A stretch of 32,000 nucleotides of DNA from Geobacter metallireducens GS-15 (GTDB lineage: Bacteria > Desulfobacterota > Desulfuromonadia > Geobacterales > Geobacteraceae), in assembly GCF_000012925.1 (NCBI RefSeq), contig NC_007517.1, positions 2,190,001 through 2,222,000 on the forward strand, given 5' to 3'. Below are positions 17,154 through 23,848 of the stretch, piece after piece. The notes beneath the pieces were generated by a model. The model did not search any database and had not been told where the DNA came from. It saw only the letters and a program-made list of their open reading frames with translations. The translations under genes and the position numbers were made by a program. The stretch's first letter is position 1. Each line of letters starts with the position of its first letter.

Positions 17154-18525
17154 GCCTCGTCCGCAGAATCTGTGGGTAGTTGGCTGAAAAAATAAGGGCA
17201 TTGCCCCTCCGTGAAGGATAAGATTGTTTTTGCGAGAAACGATCAAGTCCGACACGGGAGAAGCAATGCTTATCAAGACTGTACTGAACAAGTTCGAGCG
17301 TTTCAAGTCCTTCATTTACGGAGATTGCCGACTGGCGAAAGTCGGCGGCTCAGAAGCACTGGTCATTGACATCAAGGCTCGTCGCAACAGCAAGCCCGAA
17401 TGCCCGGAATGTGGCAAGCGAGGCAAGACATACGACACGCAACCGGCCCGACTGTTCGAGTATGTGCCGATCTGGGCGTTCAAGGTCTTCTTTCGCTACG
17501 CTCCCCGTCGGGTTCTGTGCCCAATCCATGGGGTAAAGGTTGAATCCCTCCCCTGGGGGTATGGCAAAGAGCAAATGACGATCTCGTACCAGGTCTATCT
17601 TGCCCGGTGGGCTCGGCGACTCTCCTGGAAGGAAGTTGCCGAAATCTTTAAGACCAGTTGGGACAGCATCTTTCGGGCGGTGCAGTATGCTGTCGATTAC
17701 GGCCTGGCAAACAGAAACCTTGATGGCGTTACGGAAATCGGTGTTGATGAAATTGCCGTCTTCAAGGGCCATCAGTATCTTACGATGGTCTATCAGCTCA
17801 ATGCCGGCGTCAGGCGTCTTCTCTGGTGTGGTCCGCAACGTCGGATAAGAACGCTACTGCGCTTCTTTCGGGAATTCGGCAAAGAACGCAGCGCCAAGCT
17901 CAAGTATGTCTGCAGCGACATGTGGGCACCGTATCTCAAGGTTATCGCCAAGCGGGCACCCAATGCCGTGAACATCCTCGACCGCTTCCACATCATGCGG
18001 AAGTTTAACGAAGCGATTGACGAGGTTCGGCGCACCGAAGCCAAGGAGTTCAAGGCCGCCAAGCAGGAGAACGTCCTGGAAAAGGGCCGTTGGTTGCTGC
18101 TGAAACGGCCGGAAAATCTGTCCGAGAAGCAGACGTCACGATTGGGAGATTTGCTCAAGCTCAACCTCTCATCAATCAAGGCATATCTGCTGCGCGAGGA
18201 CTTTCAGCAGTTCTGGGACTACCAGCGGTCTGACTTTGCTGGCAAGTTCCTCGACGACTGGGTCATCAGGACAATGCAAACTGACCTGGAACCGATGAAG
18301 AAGGTTGCCAGGATGTTACGCAACCACAAACCGATGATTCTCAACTGGTTCAAGGCAAAAGGCCGACTTTCCAGCGGCGCGGTAGAGGGTCTGAACCTCA
18401 AAGCAAAACTGACTATCAGAAAAGCGTACGGTTTCCGAACCATCAAGTGCCTGCAAGTGGCGCTATATCACACACTTGGCGACTTGCCAGAACCCCTGTG
18501 TCACCACAGATTCTGCTAAAGAGCC
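17154..18525 (+). mobile_element. ISL3-family insertion sequence, IS-B (1372 bp), distinct from IS-A
   Basis: IRL GCCTCGTCCGCAGAATCTGTGG (17154-17175) matches the reverse complement of 18504-18525 (GGCTCTTTAGCAGAATCTGTGG) at 18 of 22 positions with no gap. Perfect 8-bp TSD AAAAAAGG. The transposase stop lies inside the IRR. Confidence 0.8.
17266..18519 (+). CDS. ISL3-family transposase (IS-B)
   Basis: Zinc-finger pairs CPECGKRG...CPIHG. DDE region DEIAVFKGHQYLTMV...VCSDMWAPY...VEGLNLKAKLTIRKAYGFR. ATG 17266 follows GGGAG (17256-17260). The ORF-track TTG at 17224 is a less likely start. Confidence 0.9.
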   Translation: MLIKTVLNKFERFKSFIYGDCRLAKVGGSEALVIDIKARRNSKPECPECGKRGKTYDTQPARLFEYVPIWAFKVFFRYAPRRVLCPIHGVKVESLPWGYGKEQMTISYQVYLARWARRLSWKEVAEIFKTSWDSIFRAVQYAVDYGLANRNLDGVTEIGVDEIAVFKGHQYLTMVYQLNAGVRRLLWCGPQRRIRTLLRFFREFGKERSAKLKYVCSDMWAPYLKVIAKRAPNAVNILDRFHIMRKFNEAIDEVRRTEAKEFKAAKQENVLEKGRWLLLKRPENLSEKQTSRLGDLLKLNLSSIKAYLLREDFQQFWDYQRSDFAGKFLDDWVIRTMQTDLEPMKKVARMLRNHKPMILNWFKAKGRLSSGAVEGLNLKAKLTIRKAYGFRTIKCLQVALYHTLGDLPEPLCHHRFC

Positions 18526-18558
18526 AAAAAAGGACCCGACATGCACAAGGGTCCTTTT
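18526..18558. terminator. Bidirectional intrinsic terminator, now separated from the + strand genes by the two IS elements
   Basis: A6 (18526-18531), stem GGACCC (18532-18537), 11-nt loop, stem GGGTCC (18549-18554), then TTTT (18555-18558). It lies between convergent genes once the IS elements are removed in silico. Confidence 0.55.
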
Positions 18559-18606
18559 ACGTATCTCCGGTTGCCTATTCTGTCTCGGCCAACACTAACT
18601 GAAGCA

Positions 18607-19428
18607 TCACTCCTTGTAAGGCTTGTAGCTTACCACCTGCAGGTCATCCTCTATGCTCGTGACCCCCTTCACTCCTGCAACAATGCGAAGCACGTCTTCC
18701 CTCTCGCTATCAGAATAGACATGGCCGGAGAGAAGGACTACGTCCTTTTGTGCGCTGATCTTGAAGTGAAGATTCTCGATGGTGCTTGAACGAAAGAGTT
18801 CGGTCTCGATTTTTTTGCAGAGGATGATATCGTCGACGATCTCACGCGTCTTATCTTCGCCGTTTTTCAGTCGAGGATCCTTGGCAGCGGCAACAATGCT
18901 TTCGACAATCGCCCCCTGAGACATGCGCGAGGTATTGAATACAAGGTCATACCCCAAAGTATCGTTCCAGTCGCGGTTAAAGTAAAAATGTATGAAACCA
19001 CCCCGTTGATGATCACTCTTGCGGATGAGCACCCGGGCCAACTCAGGATCAATCCATTCCCGCTCCGAAAGGCTTTCCACCCGATCCTCGAAGGATGCCA
19101 CAAAACGAAGCCGGAGGATATTTTCAACATCGGCAAGAAGATCCTGGGAACCCCTCCCGTAGAGAATCACATTCCCCTTGCGGGCACAGTCGAGCATGAT
19201 AATCTCGATGGTGTTCAGATGAGCTGCCTGGAGCCTGTCTTCAGCGGTGATATACACTGGCGGTTTTTCATCAACCCGATTGAATATCTCCCGGTCGAGG
19301 CCATACTGGGGGGCAAGCTCTGCAATCTTTGCACCGTCAACTAGTGTATATTTCAGCCGTTTCGCCACCTCGCGAGCGATCAGGTAGGCGCCGGTTCCCA
19401 TCTCTCTTGAAATAGTGATAATTGCCAT
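18607..19428 (-). CDS. Cytidylate-kinase-like (P-loop NMP-kinase fold) protein with C-terminal BON domain
   Basis: N-terminus MAIITISREMGTGAYLIAREVAKRL is typical of the cytidylate-kinase-like family 2. The C-terminus DVVLLSGHVYSDSEREDVLRIVAGVKGVTSIEDDLQV is BON-like. Confidence 0.65.
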   Translation of the reverse strand: MAIITISREMGTGAYLIAREVAKRLKYTLVDGAKIAELAPQYGLDREIFNRVDEKPPVYITAEDRLQAAHLNTIEIIMLDCARKGNVILYGRGSQDLLADVENILRLRFVASFEDRVESLSEREWIDPELARVLIRKSDHQRGGFIHFYFNRDWNDTLGYDLVFNTSRMSQGAIVESIVAAAKDPRLKNGEDKTREIVDDIILCKKIETELFRSSTIENLHFKISAQKDVVLLSGHVYSDSEREDVLRIVAGVKGVTSIEDDLQVVSYKPYKE

Positions 19429-19555
19429 AGTACCCCCGGTATTGCAAAAAAGTGCTCGATATTACCATGTCATGGGGTACGTATACAAGGGGGTAATTTG
19501 TATGGTACCATGCGCATCATGATGCTGTTTCACTGAGTTTTCACCAAGGAGCCAT

Positions 19556-20137
19556 ATGGCTGATTTCATTGCCCGTTTGTTCGTTTTCGCCCTGACACAC
19601 TCGATCCTTGCACTTCCCGCACTTCAAAGGCGCATGGGGGATATATTCCCGCGTCTTGGGCGCTTCTACCGCTTCGCGTACAACCTGGTCGCCCTCGTGA
19701 CGTTCACCTGGGCACTGTCTGCATGGCACTTTTCACCGGTTGTTTATATTGTGCCAGGCACGGGGAGCCTCATATTTTATCTTATTCAGCTTGTTTTCAT
19801 TGTTCTTCTTGCCCGGTGCGCGGCCCAGACCGGCATTGACGAGTTGCTCGGGCTGAGACAGATGCGCGGCACTCCCGGCAGTAAGCAGTTAGTAACCACC
19901 GGATGCTACGCAAGGGTACGACATCCGCTCTACTCACTGTCGGTCGTCTTTCTGGCTCTCAACCCGGTAATGACCCTCAAATGGTTGCTGCTAACAGTTT
20001 TCTCAGCGGTATATTTCGTAATTGGGGCACGAATAGAGGAGCGAAGGTTGATTGCCGAATACGGCGAAACGTATCGGAACTATCAGAAAAATGTACCGAT
20101 GTTCATTCCGGCAAAAAAGGAGGTTCCACGGTTATAG
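19556..20137 (+). CDS. Membrane methyltransferase of the ICMT/PEMT (isoprenylcysteine carboxyl methyltransferase-like) family
   Basis: 193 aa and polytopic. Family motif GCYARVRHPLYSLSVVFL...ARIEERRLIAEYGETYRNYQKNVPMFIP. RBS AAGGAG at 19546-19551. Confidence 0.7.
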   Translation: MADFIARLFVFALTHSILALPALQRRMGDIFPRLGRFYRFAYNLVALVTFTWALSAWHFSPVVYIVPGTGSLIFYLIQLVFIVLLARCAAQTGIDELLGLRQMRGTPGSKQLVTTGCYARVRHPLYSLSVVFLALNPVMTLKWLLLTVFSAVYFVIGARIEERRLIAEYGETYRNYQKNVPMFIPAKKEVPRL

Positions 20138-20189
20138 GGTGAGGGAGAGCGGGCATGAACAAACCCGCCAAGCAGGGGTAGATGCAAAT

Positions 20190-20870
20190 TCAATCGAGAC
20201 GCACTTTCCTCACGCCATCAACGGAGACGAGGGATTCCACGATAGCACCTTTGGCACCGCGCGTACTGAACTTCACATCAAATTCAAAGTACATGCGTGC
20301 GGAATCAATATCTTTTTCCACATTAACATCCAGAATCTCCAGTCCCCCAGCCTTCAGGACCTGTTCAATCCGGTCTGATAATCCCCTCATATCATCACTC
20401 CAGACCTTGACGGAGTAGTAGGAATCACGCTTCAAAACACTTTCGACCCTCTTCAGGCAGAGAAGGGTTATCAGTGAAATTGCCGTGACGGCCAGAGAAA
20501 CGGTGTAGAGGCCCGCCCCACACGAAAGGCCAATGGCTGCAGCAATCCAGAGGCATGCCGCCGTGGTGAGACCGCGGATGGACGACCCCTCGCGGAGGAT
20601 GGCACCTGCCCCCAAAAATCCTATACCGGTCACGACCTGGGCGGCAACCCGACCAGGATCGACGCCAAGTGGGCCGACACCGGAAAAATTACCGTAAAGC
20701 CGATAAAATTCGATGGACGCGACCACAAAAAGACACGAACCCAAGGACACCAGGAGATGCGTCCTGAAACCGGCCGGACGCCCGTGGATCTCCCGCTCCA
20801 GGCCGATGAGCCCTCCGAGGAGCGATGCCAGGAGAAGACGGCCAATCATGTAGAGGTTGAATTCCATCAT
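20190..20870 (-). CDS. MgtC/SapB-family membrane protein
   Basis: N-terminus GRLLLASLLGGLIGLEREIHGRPAGFRTHLLVSLGSCLF is the MgtC signature. A soluble ACT-like C-terminal domain follows. Confidence 0.85.
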   Translation of the reverse strand: MMEFNLYMIGRLLLASLLGGLIGLEREIHGRPAGFRTHLLVSLGSCLFVVASIEFYRLYGNFSGVGPLGVDPGRVAAQVVTGIGFLGAGAILREGSSIRGLTTAACLWIAAAIGLSCGAGLYTVSLAVTAISLITLLCLKRVESVLKRDSYYSVKVWSDDMRGLSDRIEQVLKAGGLEILDVNVEKDIDSARMYFEFDVKFSTRGAKGAIVESLVSVDGVRKVRLD

Positions 20871-20928
20871 TTCACCTGTCCGAGGAAGGTACCGAACGCT
20901 GTGGGGAGTATAGAAAATAGTTCGATTT

Positions 20929-21798
20929 TCATGCGACCACGGATGCGGCAGGGGTCAGCTCGAGTGTGAGGACAAATCCCCTTTCGGCCCCACCGCACCC
21001 AACAGTGAGGGGTACCTGCAGAGTCCCGTCCGCCGCTACCGTTACCGCCCCCCCCATGGCAAGGGTAGGCACAGCTGCACCCGGGAGAGTATCGACTCTC
21101 TCCGCCAAATCGGTGGGAACGGTAGCCATCTTTTCGCCCCTCTCCACCGGCGCCTGCTCATCCTCTGATCCCATTCCTGCCAGTCCCACTGAAGAGTCCG
21201 CTGTCACACTCCCCTCCTGGTCCCGGAGCGCGTTCATGACTCCTTTCACCACCGAGGAAAGAACCTGAAGGATTCCCTCGCCTGTTCTGGAAGCAGATCT
21301 AATCACGGGGAACCCCGCAGAATCGACCAGTTGCGCCAACTCTTCGGTGGAGAGGGCATCGGGCAGGTCACTCTTGTTGCACTGTACCACACAGGGAAGC
21401 TTCTCCAAATCCTGCCCATAACTTCTCAGGCATTCCCTCAGGTTTTCCATGCTCTCCCGGGTAATCGCGGCTGATTCCGGCGATGCGTCGGCAACGAATA
21501 CTATGCCGTCGGCCCCCTTGAGAACGGTCTTCCAGGTGGAGCGATTGGTCACCTCTCCTTGAACCGTGTAGAGATGGAAGCGGACCCGATAATCGTTAAC
21601 CTCCCCCAGTTCAGGGGGCATAAAATCAAAGAAGAGCATTCGGTCCGACTGCCCCCCCATTGTTTTCATGGGGCCGCGGCATTCCGGCTTCAATTTCCGG
21701 TGGATAAACTGAAGTGTCGTGGCCTTGCCGGCAAGGGGAGATCCGAAGTAAACGATCTTAGCGTTGATCTCACGCTTCGTTCTGTTAAACAGGGCCAT
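20929..21798 (-). CDS. MglA-like Ras-superfamily small GTPase with ~95-aa C-terminal extension
   Basis: 289 aa from ATG 21798 (AGGAGG upstream; the ORF-track start at 21912 is rejected). It aligns position for position with M. xanthus MglA: REINAKIVYFGSPLAGKAT (P-loop), SDRMLFFDF, RFHLYTVQGEV (MglA has TVPGQ), and NKSD (G4). Confidence 0.8.
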   Translation of the reverse strand: MALFNRTKREINAKIVYFGSPLAGKATTLQFIHRKLKPECRGPMKTMGGQSDRMLFFDFMPPELGEVNDYRVRFHLYTVQGEVTNRSTWKTVLKGADGIVFVADASPESAAITRESMENLRECLRSYGQDLEKLPCVVQCNKSDLPDALSTEELAQLVDSAGFPVIRSASRTGEGILQVLSSVVKGVMNALRDQEGSVTADSSVGLAGMGSEDEQAPVERGEKMATVPTDLAERVDTLPGAAVPTLAMGGAVTVAADGTLQVPLTVGCGGAERGFVLTLELTPAASVVA

Positions 21799-21811
21799 TG
21801 CGGCCGTCCTC

Positions 21812-22615
21812 CTATTTGTCCTTTTTCTTACTGAGAAGCAGCTTCCGCGCCTGGGTCGAGAGCACCGACGAGATGCCCTTACTCTTGGCCAGATGGGCCA
21901 AATCCTTCTCATTCAGAGTTGCCAGGAAGCGCAAGGCCGACGGAAGCGACGTCTTGTTGTTCTCCACAAGCGCCTTACGTATCTGGTAGTTCTTGATCCA
22001 TTCCTTGTTGGCGCAGATGACACGGAGAATTTCGTCATTCTGGATCGACGACTTGCAGATTGTCAGCACTTCCTGCTCGGTAATCCGGGGGTTCTTGATA
22101 ACGGTTCCCGACACGAGCTTGTTGGAATCACGGATAAGGATCATCCGCCACTCCTTGTCGCCTGTCTGCGCAATCTTGATTTTGTCGGACACCCCCATGA
22201 CCTGGGCCAACTGGTACTTTCCGCGGAACGCCTCGCTCTCTTCGTCGACTTCCTCCTCGCCATTGTCAGGAAACTCCTGGGCAGCCTCTTCTGCGGTGCT
22301 ATGGGAGGTCGACACGGTGCGATGTGGCACTTCAATGCCCTGTTCGGCAAGAAACAGCCTGGTTTCTTCGGGACAGTGGGGGTGTGAGACTATCAGCGAT
22401 GCAATTTCCCGGTTCCGGAGATAGAGACGGGCTAAACCGTCAAGTATCCTTGGATGAAGGGCTGGAGCTGAAACGGCCTCGCGGAGCACACCTTCCGGCA
22501 GCTCCGCGAGACACTTGCGTGCTCCGCCACTGACCTCGCCGTCCGGGTCGTGGGCCAGAACAAAGAGAACTGTGGTCAGGTCCGGGGAAGAGAGCTCCAC
22601 CTCTCCCCCGATCAC
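21812..22615 (-). CDS. Alpha-solenoid protein (HEAT / leucine-rich-repeat-variant-like), hypothetical
   Basis: 267 aa. It has repeated xNP/HPxxxxExLxxLA-type helical repeats (HDPDGEV..., HPRILDGLARL, KNPRITEQEVLTI, ENNKTSLPSALRFLA). GTG start. It ends 13 nt before the GTPase gene. The start is uncertain because the frame stays open up to 22711 without a canonical start codon. Confidence 0.5.
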   Translation of the reverse strand: MIGGEVELSSPDLTTVLFVLAHDPDGEVSGGARKCLAELPEGVLREAVSAPALHPRILDGLARLYLRNREIASLIVSHPHCPEETRLFLAEQGIEVPHRTVSTSHSTAEEAAQEFPDNGEEEVDEESEAFRGKYQLAQVMGVSDKIKIAQTGDKEWRMILIRDSNKLVSGTVIKNPRITEQEVLTICKSSIQNDEILRVICANKEWIKNYQIRKALVENNKTSLPSALRFLATLNEKDLAHLAKSKGISSVLSTQARKLLLSKKKDK

Positions 22616-22706
22616 CTTCAGCTTTTCCCCGCGCGATGCGCCGCCAGCAAGGAAGGCGGCAGCCCGTGGAGATATTTTCAGCGTTACTTTCAGGGAATCT
22701 GCTCCA

Positions 22707-23819
22707 CTACTTTACATTTGCAATCACTGCCGCGGAAAGCCCCTTTTTCTTCAGACGCGACACATCCCTGAGCGCCTCTTCCCGGCTGCCGTACTTGCCT
22801 GCGGTCAGGAGAAGGACCGGGACGGAAACGTTCGCTTTCCTGAGGGTGAGTTTATAGCCGAGTGCTTCCAGACGCTGCTGCTCTTGCATTGCACGCGCTT
22901 TCACAAAGTAGGATCCGGCATAGACGCGGTATTTGCCTCCCTCGTTGAGGACAAACCCTTCAACCGTGGCATCACGAAGCTTCTGGAGTTCCTTGCGAGC
23001 CGTTTCCTGATCGGCGAACTCGCCGAACAACAGCCTGATCATCGGCTCCTTCTTCTTGTTCCCCTCTTTCACAACCGGCGTAAGCCCTGCCTCCCGAACC
23101 TTGGCATTGTCCTTTTCCATGGCCGATGGCACGACATATTCACCGATTCGCAGAGTATACTCACCTGCCGCCGCTGCAGCGGAAGCCTTGACTGAGGACG
23201 CCTTGACTCCGGTTGCCGCCTTCTTCGCCACTTTCTTTGCAGCGGCAGTCTTCGGTTTAACAGGGGCGGCCTGCTTCGCCTCCTTGGAAGATGCGGCAGT
23301 CTTTTGTCTGTCATCCGTCTTGGCCTGAAGAGCCTTCTGTTTCGCCTCCACAGGGGCCTTCGCCTGTTCGGCAGGTTTCGGTTGTTCCTTCTTTGCCACA
23401 GGGGCCTTGGCAGGTTCAGCAGGCTTCGACTGCTCTTTCTTTGCCGGGGGAGCAGCCGATTTAACCGGTGCCGGAGGCTCGGCCTTCGCCTTTTCCGGTG
23501 TCTTCTGCTCTTGGGCCACCTTTGCGGGCTCCGGTTGACCCGTAGCAGGAGGGGTGACTGCCGCGGGTTTAGCCGGCTCGACGGGAGCGGACCCAGCGGG
23601 CTGCTCCGCAGGTCTCGGCGGAATCGGCTGTTTGACCTGGCTCGGCTGAACCGGCGCCGGAGCCTGGACTTCCTGACGAGGCTTTATAAGATCAGTGAAA
23701 TAGAAAAGATAGCCGAATACCGCCACCAGAAGCAGTAGCACCAACAGGAGGAGACGGGTATTGCTCCCCCCACCCTTTGATGATGTATCTCCAGGTTCCT
23801 GATCAAATTCGATGTTCAT
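22707..23819 (-). CDS. Membrane-anchored SPOR-domain (peptidoglycan-binding) protein with Pro/Ala/Lys-rich linker
   Basis: 370 aa. TM helix LLLLVLLLLVAVFGYLFYF. A ~170-aa low-complexity PAK-rich linker follows. The C-terminus has two SPOR-like repeats (YTLRIGEYVV...; YRVYAGSYFVKARAMQEQQRLEALGY...; LLLTAGKYGSREEALRDVSRLKKKG). RBS AGGAGG. Confidence 0.7.
   Translation of the reverse strand: MNIEFDQEPGDTSSKGGGSNTRLLLLVLLLLVAVFGYLFYFTDLIKPRQEVQAPAPVQPSQVKQPIPPRPAEQPAGSAPVEPAKPAAVTPPATGQPEPAKVAQEQKTPEKAKAEPPAPVKSAAPPAKKEQSKPAEPAKAPVAKKEQPKPAEQAKAPVEAKQKALQAKTDDRQKTAASSKEAKQAAPVKPKTAAAKKVAKKAATGVKASSVKASAAAAAGEYTLRIGEYVVPSAMEKDNAKVREAGLTPVVKEGNKKKEPMIRLLFGEFADQETARKELQKLRDATVEGFVLNEGGKYRVYAGSYFVKARAMQEQQRLEALGYKLTLRKANVSVPVLLLTAGKYGSREEALRDVSRLKKKGLSAAVIANVK
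23349..23445. repeat. Imperfect 48-bp tandem duplication inside the SPOR-protein linker
   Basis: Two adjacent ~48-bp units run 23350-23397 and 23398-23445. They encode AKKEQSKPAEPAKAPV and AKKEQPKPAEQAKAPV on the minus strand. Confidence 0.7.
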
Positions 23820-23848
23820 CTGATGCGTTCCTCCTGTTAATGCCGTGG

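Noticed and set aside
21799-21912. Upstream extension of the MglA-like ORF (MRRIWPIWPRVRASRR...)
   Set aside because: It is an Arg-rich sequence overlapping the end of the solenoid gene. ATG 21798 has an AGGAGG RBS and gives exact positional alignment with the MglA N-terminus.
22325-22339. TGGCAC...TGC sigma-54-like sequence
   Set aside because: The spacing between the GG and GC elements is one nucleotide short of consensus. The site is inside, and antisense to, the solenoid-protein CDS.
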